Source: the human T2T-CHM13v2.0 reference genome, Homo sapiens
Assembly (NCBI RefSeq): GCF_009914755.1
Contig: NC_060926.1
Length of the DNA: 64,000 bases
Reading direction: 5' to 3' (one strand)
Shown here: positions 1 through 12,620 of the stretch, one piece after another
Layout: each line of letters starts with the position of its first letter
How positions within the stretch are numbered: the stretch's first letter is position 1
Notes under the pieces: model-generated
Seen by the model: the letters and a program-made list of their open reading frames with translations, nothing else
Databases searched by the model: none
What the model was told of the DNA's origin: nothing
Position numbers and translations under genes: made by a program

Positions 1-253
1 AACAGGCTGACAAGAATGACCATTAACTGTATCTCAATTTGGTATGGCAACCACATAGGTAGCATCCATTTTAAAAACAAAAACCTTCTTACCCTCTGAA
101 TATTTGGAAAATGTCACAGTAGTCCACTGATACATTCTTATAACCAGAAAAAGAAACTAGAGGCATGTTAAGTCCATATTCCAAAGGAATACCCAAATGA
201 TTAAAACTTCAGAACTTTGTTCATTTGATGAATCTGGCCTTCTTTCCTTAAAG

Positions 254-1681
254 AAAGAGTTTTCAATCTCTTTAGTCAGGACCACTTTGTGTTCTTAAAA
301 ATTAGTGAATACTCCCAAGAGCTTTTGTTTATGTGGCTTGTAATGATCAACATTCACCGTATTAGAAATTAAATGAGAAAAAGTTTAAGTATTTATCAAT
401 TTATTTTAAAAACTTAGTAAGATAACATATGTAATAAGACAATACATTTTAGGAAAACAAAATGTTTTCAAAACAGAAAAAAGCTTTCAAAAACAAAAAA
501 GCTTTGTGTGAAAATTATGTTGTTATAAAAGCTTTGCAAATTTCTTTCATGCCTAGCTTAATAGAAAACAGCTGGATTCTCATATTGGTGTCTACATTCA
601 ATCTGTTGTGCTATGTTGTTTTGATTGAGCAACATGAAAAAAAAAATGGCCTCACACAAATATGTAGTGAAACGGAAGCACATGTATTAATAGCCCATTC
701 AGATAATTGTAGATGTTCTTTTTTGATACTACACCAAAACTTGACAAGTAGGAGTTTCTTAAGGGTTAGTCGAAATATGGAATCTCATATATATGAACTC
801 TTTGTATTCTGTTACTTGCTTTTTGAAAAGATCTTTCACCCATAATTTTGTAACACTGGTCCCTTTGAAAATATTGGCTCACTGAGTTATACAGATATTA
901 CAAATCTTGACACAATTCATCATATAATAGCAAAAACTCACATTCATAAAAATCACCACCCATCATCTCATCAGGAAAATCTTTTAAGTACTGGGAAGCT
1001 GACAATAGCACAGCAGGTAACACAAGCTTTCTAAAATTTTAATTTTCACTTGAAAGTTTGAATTTTATCATTGGCAACAAACTGTCAGTTGTTTTCCTTG
1101 AAGTGACAGGCTCACTTTGTTCATTTTCAAGAAAATGACTGCCAAATTTCTAAGTCTAAATAGTCACAGTTTGGTATTCATTCTTTCAAGTAAAAATGAT
1201 GCTTCATGCAAAATTTGGCTAGTTTCACTAGCAACTCAAAAAGAAAAATCACATATGGATTTTTCCTCTAGACAGGCAATGTACTCTGGATATGCAGCAG
1301 AAATGCTTTTTGCACATTTCGTATCTCATCACAGCAAATATTAAAACAAAGTATGCTTAAGGGTCAAAATTTAATCAATTAGCAATTGTTATCACTTCTT
1401 CAAGGACATTCTTAAGTGAAAGTGGCTTTTTCTTTTTTTCTGTGAATGCACAGCTGTGAAGAATACCATGATTACTAGGTACAGTTGGGTCTTACTGCCA
1501 TTTAATTTCTAGAATGCTTAGTTTCATCGATCATTGCTTTTACAACAGCAGGGCAAATGTCAAAGCAGTAGAAAAGGCAAAAAGTTAGCGTTACTATGAT
1601 AATGGTTTTTACCTCATGGACACTCCTGAAAGGGTCTCAGTGATCCCTAGGGATTTGTACGCCACAATTTGTGAACTGTTA
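254..1681 (+). mobile_element. Charlie1a-like hAT DNA transposon, near full length
   Basis: 5' end resembles Charlie1 (ttttcaatctctttagtcaggaccactttgtgttcttaaaaattagtgaatactcccaagagcttttgtttatgtgg); 3' end gggtctcagtgatccctaggg...ttgtgaactgtta; degenerate 8-bp TSD ccttaaag (246-253) / tcttaagg (1682-1689). Confidence 0.8.
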
Positions 1682-1819
1682 TCTTAAGGAAACACTAAAA
1701 GCTATGAATAAGTCACCATCCCCAAATCCACAGTGAATATCCCCCATATAATAAATATACTAAATATGTGTATGAATTCTTGAACTCAAAAATTGGTCTA
1801 ATTTGTTTATATAACAACA

Positions 1820-1990
1820 GCAATTAATATTTAGTGAGCACTTACATGTATTATCTCATTTAATCCTCACCCTAAACCTATTAGTTAGCTGTATACTTAT
1901 GCTACAGATAAGGAAACCTGTGATGAAGAAAGGTGAAGTTACTTGTCCAAGGTCACAACAGCAACTATCAGTATTTATTGGGTTCAGGCA
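1820..1990 (-). mobile_element. MIR
   Basis: tattatctcatttaatcctcac...acagataaggaaac...ttacttgtccaaggtcaca, reverse MIR core; weaker MIR pieces near 2100-2230 and 2485-2610. Confidence 0.8.
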
Positions 1991-4343
1991 TAACCAAGCA
2001 TTTTGCATACCTTCCTCTTAAGTCTTCACAACCACCTTTTTATTGTCCTTATTACCCTTTATTGTTCTTTACATCTCTATTCTTTAAATCTTCATTAGTA
2101 GTTTTACAGACTAAAACTTTGAATCAAATAGGTAAAGTATCCTGCCCAAGGTTACCGAAGTGGAAAGTGATGAATCATCCAATACAAGTCTGTCTGACTA
2201 CAGAATACAATACATACTCTGCCTTGCTATACCACGCAGGAGTGTATTATTTGTATATAAATAAACTGATAACTACAAGAGTCTTATACAGTTTTAAAGT
2301 CAATTGAGTAAGACCTCTATTTGGAAAGATTTTTACTAATTTGATTACCTCTGTCTTTAAATAGTACAAAACCTACTTCCTTTTAAAATGATATGCTCTA
2401 GATAGTTCATTAATTCACACCATTTGAATACGACAACAGATTAATACAACTAAGTTACTAAAAAAAAGATAACACTAAAAAAGACTAATCCCCCCCATCA
2501 GATAGGAGAAAACTGAAACTCGGAGCAGTTACTAACTCCCCGCAAAGGCTTGCTGCTCATAAATGGCCCAGAGTCAAAATCAATCTGGACTGACTGTGAA
2601 ACCCAAAATCTGCAGTCACATTACCTGCATATATTTAAGAAGGCCTCAGGCAATGACCTAGGAATTGCTCACAAGGTCCGGACACAGAGCTTGCTGATAT
2701 CATACCCACCTACCCAAGGTAATCAAGATATGAATCACCTTGTATCTTAAAGACCAAGAGGTGAAAAGGAAGCTGGTGCACACTGAAAATAAAGAGCCAT
2801 GTTTTCAGGTGCTTTGAGTAAAGAAAAAAGTAAATTCACTTATAAGGTGTCAGTACACATCTCTGTGGCTGAGACATGCTTGCTTCCATTTAAAAAAAAA
2901 AAAAAAGCCTAGAAGACAAACGTCATCACACCTAACAGGCTCTCCACAGATTATACAATAGCTTTCAGATGCCAGGAGCCCAGGAATGCTGCAAACCTTA
3001 GTAATTTGCAGCAGATAATCATTCTCCTAAAACTCTAATCAATCCATAAAATTTTCATTTCAAGTTAGGATCTATAAAGGCTAGGCATCATGCCCCAACC
3101 CTTTGTTTCTATTTTAAGGGCCTACACTACAAGATAGCTGCTTAATATTTAAACCCAAAGGAGGACAGAGAAGGAATCACGGTTCATCTACCTCAATCCC
3201 ATATCTTTTATAACCTGCTGTAACTCAACTTTTAGGAATTATAAACATCTTGAGATTGGACAGAGGAGTGTGGCTTTAATTTCAAACAACTTGTATTCTT
3301 AAGGAGTCACACACACTTTTGACAGGAAGGTGACAAAATGGAAGGCTGTGGTGTACCACCTAAAACAGCAGGCAGTGCAGGGGAGAGATGAGCAATTATA
3401 CTCGTCACAGAATACCACACTCTGGATTCCTGTGTAGCAAAGAAAAAACAAAACTATAGAGCAACTTTGCCTCCCCCATCAATGATTCCTAACATGACCT
3501 AAAAGAATCACAATCTCGTAAGCAGCTAACAGATATATAGAAAAAGAAAAAAGGAAAAAAAAAAAATCAAGATTGAGGTCATGTACCTTGACATGCATCA
3601 TTTACACCAAAGATTCCCCCACTTATCTGAATTAATTTCATGTACCTCATTTCATTCAGATAATTGAAGTTTTCCTTTTAGAGTTGTAAAGTGTTTACCT
3701 CAACATAATTAGTAAACTGTCCACTTAAAAATACCACTGCAAAAATTACCACCCCCTCGCCTCTACACATATACACACACTCCACTACCATTAAAAGTAT
3801 AAGATTTTGGCCTTCATGAGAAACTTAATTCAAAAGTCCTCTTTAAAAAATTAGCACAAGAAATTTTACAAAAACAGTTGCAGTCATTGCATTTTTAATA
3901 CGGAGTGTTTGCATTACTTGTTACAGACATGGTAATTTGGGTGTTCAATACATGACTACTGTTCTGAAACCAAATTAAAGGTTTAGACTACTAAAGAGTT
4001 TGATGACTTGCCTCAAAACAATAACTGGGATTGTATAGAGAACAAAATCAGAGGTCTGTCTTCTTTATGAGCAGGCATTTAAAGGCCTTTTAATGAGAAT
4101 TTACTCTTTAGTATACAATTACTAATGAACAAAAATAGGGCCATTAAACTCACTTCTTCATAATAAAACTAATTGTAAGAAATATATACATATTAATCAA
4201 ATTCATGAAAAACTGAAATCTCCAATGCCTTACAAGGCAACATAGTGAAAATTATATAACTTTTCTTCTTAATTAAATGTCCTGTCAGGTGACTGATGCC
4301 ATTTTTTACATGGATATGCCTACAATTTAAAATACACAGACTC

Positions 4344-4710
<367 letters not shown>

Positions 4711-4917
4711 CTATATGAACACTGGCTTCCCACACTGATAACAGAACTTATTGTTGGGAGAAATTTATATCTAATCTATATGTATCACCTGCTATATGTA
4801 CTGAGTGCTAAGGACACCTCCAGGGAACTGGACAGATTCAGTTCCAACCCTGGGGTACACATGATCTAGATGTAAAGACAGATAATGACCTTGCTTGAGG
4901 AATGTGTAATAGATACC

Positions 4918-5412
4918 TGTGATGTTATTTTATATATACCACACAGAGAGAGAGCAAGATGAGAGAGAGAGGAAGATTCCATGCATGGTTCCTGGCTCAT
5001 AACTACCACAGCCCTTGATCCAGTCTTTTGCTACGACGTGGGTGTGTTAGGCCTCAGGGAAAGCCTCTGACCTTCTCCTGCCCCAAGACAGACACGCCCT
5101 GCCCCCAACCCACAGAGGATCCCATTCTATACCCTGGAGGAAGGAATGCTGTCATAAAGTTTTCACAAAAACCCAAAAGAACTGAGTTCAGAGAGCTTCC
5201 AGGTAACTGAACACATGGAGGTTCCTGGAGAGAGATGCACTCAGAGATCACATGGAAGGTCTGCACCCCTTCCCCCATACCCCACCCCACACGTCTCTTC
5301 ATCTGTTTGCCTTTGCAATATCCATTATAATAAACAAGTAAATGTGTTTCCCTGAGTTCTGTCACTCCAGCAAATTAATAGAACCTAAACACGGGGTGGT
5401 GAGAACCCCAAT
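4918..5412 (+). mobile_element. MER21-family LTR (partial solo LTR)
   Basis: tgtgatg start; ggttcctggctcataac; gagttcagagagcttccaggtaactgaacacatggaggttcctggag; aataaa then tgtttccctgagttctgt. Confidence 0.7.
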
Positions 5413-5948
5413 ACCTGAACAAATGAAAGCTCAAAACTAAGAGAAGAAAAAGGCAGAAAATTAAACACTTGAAAAATAACGAGCTACCATTGAACTGCAT
5501 AAAAATCACCGATTTATGGGAGACATCCTTAAGTGTCTCCACTAAGAAAGCAAAGAATCCAACAGCTGGCTAGTCAGGAAAGGCGTTCTAACTCATGACT
5601 GGATGAATCCAGGGTGTCCTAGAGTCCCTCATGCAAATGAAAAGCTGACCCTCAAAAAAGTTCAAATTATAGCAGCCATGGAGCCTAGATCTCAGTATCT
5701 AAAGGGTCAATCTGGTGATGTGAGTCCAGAAAACAGTATCACAGGATCTTGGCTCTGCAAGACCCCAACCACCTACCTATGGATAAGAATAGGTCCCAGC
5801 CCCCTAAAGGTAGGGGAGATAGCAAGGAGAGGGAGATCAAGCTGTTAGGATGCCTAAACATGCTTAAGACAAGGTTCCAGTTCCACAAAGGACCTGGAAT
5901 ACAAAAATAAACCACCCAAGAAACATAAATTCTATGGACTATTTATAA

Positions 5949-6287
<339 letters not shown>

Positions 6288-7014
6288 TCTGGTTATTTTT
6301 TAAACACTCAAAAAAAATTATCGTCTGTTTAAATGACTTGTGTGATCCTACACAGCATAGGGGAAAAGCACTAGATATTCTTACTAATTGTCTGATTCTA
6401 TATCCTAACTCCATCTATAACTATTTTGAAATATTCTAGATGCCTCACACACACTTAGTTAAGGTGTTTGTCATTATTTCAAAACTCCTTATGAGAAAAG
6501 TGCTTTAAAAATGAAAATCTTGCAGGCAAACTGAGTACATCCAAAGGATATAGTGAGACAGCATACCTTTGTGAGCAATGGATGCTCAGGGCACCAGAAT
6601 AATTCCAGATCCTTCCCGTTGTAGGTGACAGAGGTCTTAAAATATCTTCGGTCTGAATAGAAGAAACTGATCTGGCAGTGAGTAGGCCAGGCAGACTAGG
6701 ACTGACATCAGAACCAGCAATTACAGATGTGAGCTGATTTGCTTCCTATAAATTAAACACCATCCTACTCTACCGTACAACTGCTTTCAGTAATATTAGT
6801 AGAAAGAAAAAAAAAGAAAGTAGTTCAAAGACGTCCCTATGAAAGCTATTACCTCTATGACTCTACATGTTCAACTAGGAATCAGCCTATGGAATTGGCT
6901 CTGCATCTGCTCAGCCCAAATTTTACTCCGGAGATTCAAAGAATGGAGTGTTGGTTTGTACTTCCAAGAGAAATACTTGAAAATTTTCCTCAGTTTTTTT
7001 TTAAAAAATAACCA

Positions 7015-7301
7015 GGCAGGGCACAGAGGCTCACGTTTATAATCCCAACACTTTGGGAAGCCAAGGCGGGCGATCGAGACCAGCTTGGCCAACATGGTGA
7101 AACCCCATCAGTACTAAAAACACAAAAAATATTACCTAGGCATGGTGGCGCATTCCTGTAATCCCAGCTACTCAGGAGGCTGAGGCAGGAAACCACTTGA
7201 ACCAGAGAGGCGGAGGCTGCAGTGAGCTGCTATCACACCATTGCAATCCAGCCCGGGTGACAGAGTGTGACTCTGCCTCAAAAAAAAATAAAAATAAAAA
7301 A
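7015..7301 (+). mobile_element. AluS with small deletion in left monomer
   Basis: Alu dimer in which ggcgggcg joins directly to atcgagacc; A-rich tail. Confidence 0.92.
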
Positions 7302-8178
7302 CATGCTATTATTCTGATATTAAAAAAAAAAGAAGAGGTAAGAATATAAGTAAAAGAATACACAGTGTTCTTCATGTAATACCAACAAGAAGCATAACAT
7401 ATCAAATACAACCTAAAACTATTTAAAATATCATTTGGGACAATTTGCCAAGGTAGTCCAAACTCTGAAGTAAAGTTACGTTCCTTATAAAGGTCTATAT
7501 GCTGAAAAACATATCCTTATAAAATAAAACCAAAATTGTAAAACGTGGCCTATGGTAACAGTCAGAGGGTCACTCAATTCAGGTTGTCACACTTTGCTCT
7601 CATGGAAACATTGTATTATTTTAGCTCACCTAAGGTGTTCTATTACTAAAATAATGTTCTTTCCCAATATCAGAGTGACTAACATAAGTTACAGAACAAA
7701 ATTAGCAGTGTGAAGTTTCTTCTCCCAATTTTTCTAAAGTATCTGACACCTGCTACCTCTTTCAATATTGGAATTCAACCTAACAGCGTACCTGGTTCAA
7801 CACAAAAAAGGAACTGAGTTAGTTCAAGTTTACTATATCATGATTCAGGACTTCCAGGCACTCTGCTACCTTCAAAAATTAGATTAAGCCCAACAAGATC
7901 ATAAGCATTTAAAGAGTACCCACTACACATGATAACAGGTATACACAGATGAGTAGGACATAGCCGAACTTTCACGAAGCGCCTACCAGGAAAGTGCGCA
8001 CAGGCCAACAAGTATTTACTAAATGTCTACACTAAACACTGTACTCTGGGATGTAAAAAATTCATCGCACCACAGCAAGAACTTCAGGACTCATGCACTT
8101 GAGGTCCACTTTGAAATGCGAGATTGGGCGTGCTGGAATTAGATTATTACATGTGATAGGATTTCCCTTCCTAAGTGA

Positions 8179-8474
8179 TAGTCATGCATCACATGACATT
8201 TCAGTCAACAAAACATCGAATATACAACTGTGGTCCCATAAGATTATAATACCGTATTTTTACTGTACCCTTTCTAAGTTTAGGTGTGTTTAGGCACAGT
8301 ATTCAGTACGGTAACATGCTGAACAGGGATGTAGCCCAGGACTAATAAGCTATATACCATATAGCCTAGGTGTGAAGTAGGCTATACCATGTAGGTTTGT
8401 GTGAGTACATTCTATGATGCTCCCACAAGTACACATTTCTCAGAACATACCTGTCATTAAATGACACATGACTA
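8179..8474 (+). mobile_element. Tigger3a/MER7-like MITE
   Basis: Terminal inverted repeats agtcatg...catgact; internal ggtcccataagattataataccgtatttttactgtacc and ataccatatagcctaggtgtg. Confidence 0.8.
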
Positions 8475-8735
8475 AACCACGGTTTATATACACCATAACT
8501 CTAAGACTCTTAAAATACCAATCTGCTGGAAGTGACGTAGGCTATCCGAATCAAAAATATGAATCGATTCTTGAAGCGCAAGATAATTGCTAATTCAAAA
8601 ACACTGGAAAGTAATGTTTAAACTCACAGAATGTAAATACTTCCTAACTATGTACAATTCATGGCATTTTAATCTAATGGGTCCAAATCATAAATTAAGG
8701 AAAAAAATTTCATTTAATTACTTGGCTTTTTAAAA

Positions 8736-8784
8736 TACCATAATCAAACAAACTTTAGTACCATAATCAAACAAACTTTAGTAC
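8736..8784. repeat. Perfect 23-bp tandem duplication
   Basis: taccataatcaaacaaactttag at 8736-8758 and 8759-8781, followed by tac. Confidence 0.95.
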
Positions 8785-10476
8785 AAGAGGTCTGAATTAC
8801 CTAGTTAAGTGTTTAGTTAATGAAGACTACTAGTTCTATTCAGCTCCTGCTAAATCTCATCAAGAAACTGTCTTCGATTCTTAATTTCTCTATAAAATAA
8901 TGGGATTGGATTATACTGTTAATGTTCCTTAAACATCGAAAATTCTGTATTTCTGTGATGCATAAGATTAAAATGCCAACACAATTTTCAAATCAAGACT
9001 AAAGAAGCCATCTTAACCTTTGCAAACTGGTGATGTTAAAAAATTTACTATTTCCTACCTTATTGCAAGTATCATGCTTCAGATTTTACCTATTCATTGT
9101 TTTCAAGCATGTCAAAGAAAGTTTCGTGATTCAAGAGGTACTCCTCTAATCCTCAATACTAAAACTGTTTCATTAAATACAGTACAGGACCCTAAGGAAA
9201 ATGTATACCAAAAGGGAGTGGGAGCCGAGAAGAATCTAATCCAAGTCAGACCTGGAACGCACTAATTAAAATTCAATATTTCACTTGGTATGTGGGTTCC
9301 TACATGAAACTCCTGTCATGGTTAAAGCTTAAGGTTAAACACGTTAATAGAAGCCAATAGAATGGCTCTATTGAATTGTACTGAACTTCTTTTTCAGCAG
9401 CTCCTTTACCTAACCACTATTTTAAGCTTTAAAATCAACTTCAGGGGTAGGCACCAAATAACCAAGTGAGCCACGGCAGCCGGGGCTGCAAACTGAAATC
9501 CATCTCGTATGGAAAATCATCATCAACTCACGTTTTCCATTTCAAACTGCGATACAGGTGGAAGAAAAGCTGTAAAAGCCTTCTCTTTGAAACTCCCATC
9601 ACACGGCCTCAAGGCATTAACTTAAGAATCTCAAGATAACCTAAAGCAGCACAGTTGTCAGAAGACTCTAAAAGTTGTATGTGCGAGAGAAGGCAAAAAA
9701 ACTACTTCGGGACTAAAGGTTAAATTTCGCTGCTGCATTCCCAAGACTTAAATTCAGAGAATCTTTCCACCTGGACAGAATGGGATTGTCTGGATCCCGA
9801 TGAAAATGGGAAGTTATGTGCTTAATCCTCAGACGAGGGATTCCGGGGTGGGGGGCACAGTGAGGGTCTTCACACTCGGCTGGCAGAGAGGAGTGGGGCG
9901 CTGGGGAGGTCTGGTAACTGAGGGCGACTAGGAGCCAGAAGCGAAGCTTTCCGTCAGGAAGGCCTGGGGCTCGCACTGCAAGGGGCCAAGCGCCGGGCAG
10001 CCTGGTGGTCGGCGAAGCACCCCAGCCAACTCAGGCCAACCCGGACGCCCGGCCTCCCTTCTCCCGCGCGAGGGCGACGTGCCCCCACCCGTCCTCTCAG
10101 CCTGCGCGAGGAAGAAGCGGAGCGCCGGGCTGCAGAAAACCAGCACGCACGACATGTAGGCACCAAAAAAACGCAATTCGAACACGACCAGTTTGCAGAA
10201 GGCACAAAATGCCACGGCGTGGACGCCCCATTCCGAGCGCGGTGCGGACGGCGGCGCAGGGAGCGCAGCGCGTGCGCCCGGGAAGCGCGCGGCTCTCAGC
10301 TCCGCCTCCCCCACACCCCCCGCCCCCGGCTCCCCGCGCCGCAGCCGCCGCTGCTGCCCCTCTGGGATCTCCGCGCAGCGCGGCCCCGCGAGGCGGGCGC
10401 CGGGGAGGGGAGGGGAGGGGCCGCGCTCCCCGCCTCCCCGCTGGCCCGCGCGGCTCCCCAGCCCGGAGCCTACTCA

Positions 10477-10497
10477 CCTCCTCCTCCTCCTCCTCCT
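10477..10497. repeat. (CCT)7 / (AGG)7 trinucleotide repeat abutting the donor
   Basis: cctcctcctcctcctcctcct. Confidence 0.95.
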
Positions 10498-10630
10498 TGT
10501 CTCTCCCTCCTGGCCACCGGCGCGGCCCAGCCGGCGACGCGCTGACGCCGTGCCCCTCCCCCGCGGCCGCCGCGGATGCCGCCGCCCCTCCCGGCCCGCG
10601 GCCGCCTCGGCCTCCGGGCGCGTCAGGCGC
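10478..10630 (-). other. GTDC1: Non-coding first exon (5' UTR); start position approximate
   Basis: Minus-strand donor GAG|GTGAGT at 10478/10477 inside the island; no minus-strand ATG in 10478-10700. Gene name inferred from recalled synteny with ZEB2, not from a translated product. Confidence 0.6.
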
Positions 10631-12097
10631 TGGTCCCGCCCCTCGGCCCGCCCGCGCAATCGAGGCTCCGCCTCTCTGCGCCGCCCGGACTCCGCTGGCG
10701 CGAGGTCCCTGAGTCAGCGGCGCTCCCGCCCGCGCGAATCGCTCCGCCCCAGCCCGCGGGCTCGGCTCCTCGCACCTGCCCACTGTCCCCCGGCCTCGCA
10801 CTGCTCCCCACCTCCCTGTGCGCCCTTTCCCATCTCGTCAGCACCCTGTCCGCCCTTTCAGCTTTTTCGTACTCTTTCCCCAACCTCCTAGTCCTGTTCT
10901 AAGCTCGCATAGTCACCTTCTCTTTCCTTCTGGAAGGTCTGTGCTGTTCATTAGGTCGACCTCGGATTCCCCGTGCAGTTTTCCAGCCGGCCCGTTGCAT
11001 CTCCTTTCCTGGTCCACTCCCCGGCCTACTAGAGCCTCAGGGCCCCTGTGCGGGTTCCTGGCTCCCTTGCCGACACCTCTACCTGCTCTGCAGCCCGGAG
11101 CTCCTCCACAGCTGCTTTGCCAATGCCTCTTAATATCCCTCCTTCTGGACCTCCTCGATTCCCTCCTGGCAAGGCTCATGCTTTCCTTTATCTCCATTTT
11201 TCCCGTCCTTTCGGTTCTGACTACTCCACACACTTCTGATGCAGTTTGAGTATTCAATAATTGCATATTCGCGGTCCCATTTACACGAGGAGAGTCACAT
11301 TGAGTAATTAAAAATCACAAAGCAAAGCGACAGCAGTGGAGACCATCATTTGACTTGCATAGTTCCATCTATATTTTCCTTATGCAATAATATTCTCATT
11401 GCCACTTGAATTTCAAGGAATGGGATTTTCTGTTGGGGCTTAAAATTCACAAATGTTGGATGTTTTTTCGCTGCGACCTAATTTCACTTTAGCTCTTTTA
11501 TTTATAGAATACATAGTAGAAAGAGTACCAGGAAGTCCCAGGTGTTCTTGACTGTAAAGTGAGGAATGTGTCCCTTCGTTAAATTCCTTTATGAAGTAAA
11601 GGATCCTTTCTAAAGTAAAGGTTTTTGTATCTGGAAGGAGGTTGTAGGTTAAATGACTCTGGTGAAGGCAAAACATGCAAATATAACTGGATGTCTGGTT
11701 TATTAAGTAACTTCATTTTTAAAACTGCAACTCGGAAGAGTTAGGCTGTGATGTGGAAATGAATTAGGAAACATACCAAAATAAAGGAAATCGATTAGGT
11801 CTTTGTACTTATATCCACAAGTTGCTTTAAGTTATGTGAGTAAACATTCTTATCCTTAAATTGAAGCGTCGAAACTATCTTCCGTTCCAAACAAAATCCA
11901 GCTCTGTGTGGACATTCAAAGTTTAAAACCATTGTTGAATTGAACAACAGCATTGTAAGCATTTGAAAGCCTAATAAACCATCTGTCCATCCACTTTCAC
12001 ACAAATTGAGAAACAGAAAAGAGTAAATGCCAAAACCTGAAAGTGAGTGTTCTGACTACACATGAAACTAGTAAATCCTATTACACAGAATAAAATA

Positions 12098-12372
12098 CAA
12101 AATGCTTCTCCACTTACGATGGGGTTACTTCCCAATAAACACAATGTAGGTTAAAAATATTGTAAGCCAAAATTGCATTTAATGCTAGCAACACAGCAGA
12201 TGGTCCTCGACTTCCAATATTTTCAACTTTAGGATGGTATGAAATGTATGTGCATTCAGTAGAAACCATAACCCCATCATAAGTCATAAGAAGCTGCTCA
12301 ACTTACCATGGGGTTACATCCAGATAAACCCATTGTAAAATGGAAAAATTCTAAATCGAACCACAATATCTG
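12098..12372 (+). mobile_element. MER47/Tigger5-family DNA transposon remnant
   Basis: acttacgatggggttac...ataaac motif present twice (~12112 and ~12301); cagatggtcctcgactt. Confidence 0.7.
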
Positions 12373-12509
12373 AAAAATCCTAAAGTTTATGGCTGCCATT
12401 TCATTGTTTTAAAAATAGAATTACATAATTTTATAATTAAACTGGTTCTTAAAATAATTGGGAGTCTAATCCTTTCATTTTAAAATGAAAAAAATTTTTA
12501 AATCTTTTT

Positions 12510-12620
12510 TAATCTGATTAAGAACTGAAGCCCAGAGAGGGTAAGTTGTTTACCCAATATTACCCAGCTTAATTGGAAACAAAGCCAGGGTTCAAACTCA
12601 GACTTTCTGTCTCACATACC
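12510..12620 (-). mobile_element. MIR
   Basis: aactgaagcccagagagggtaagttg...agggttcaaactcagact. Confidence 0.7.

Larger units (their letters stand above)
9900..10880 (-). promoter_or_regulatory. CpG-island, TATA-less promoter of a minus-strand gene (probably GTDC1/QTMAN)
   Basis: Very high GC and CpG density; several GC boxes (ccgccc) between ~10636 and 10750; TGAGTCAGC at 10710-10718; C-rich + strand, i.e. G-rich minus strand. Confidence 0.9.

Noticed and set aside
462-1344. 127 aa and 75 aa ORFs as a possible transposase
   Set aside because: Inside a decayed non-autonomous Charlie1a; short, discontinuous, no recognisable hAT catalytic motifs
10005-10902. Overlapping 232-235 aa ORFs on both strands of the CpG island
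   Set aside because: Pro/Arg/Ala/Gly-rich low-complexity products expected from stop-poor GC-rich DNA; no recognisable domain; they cross the splice donor
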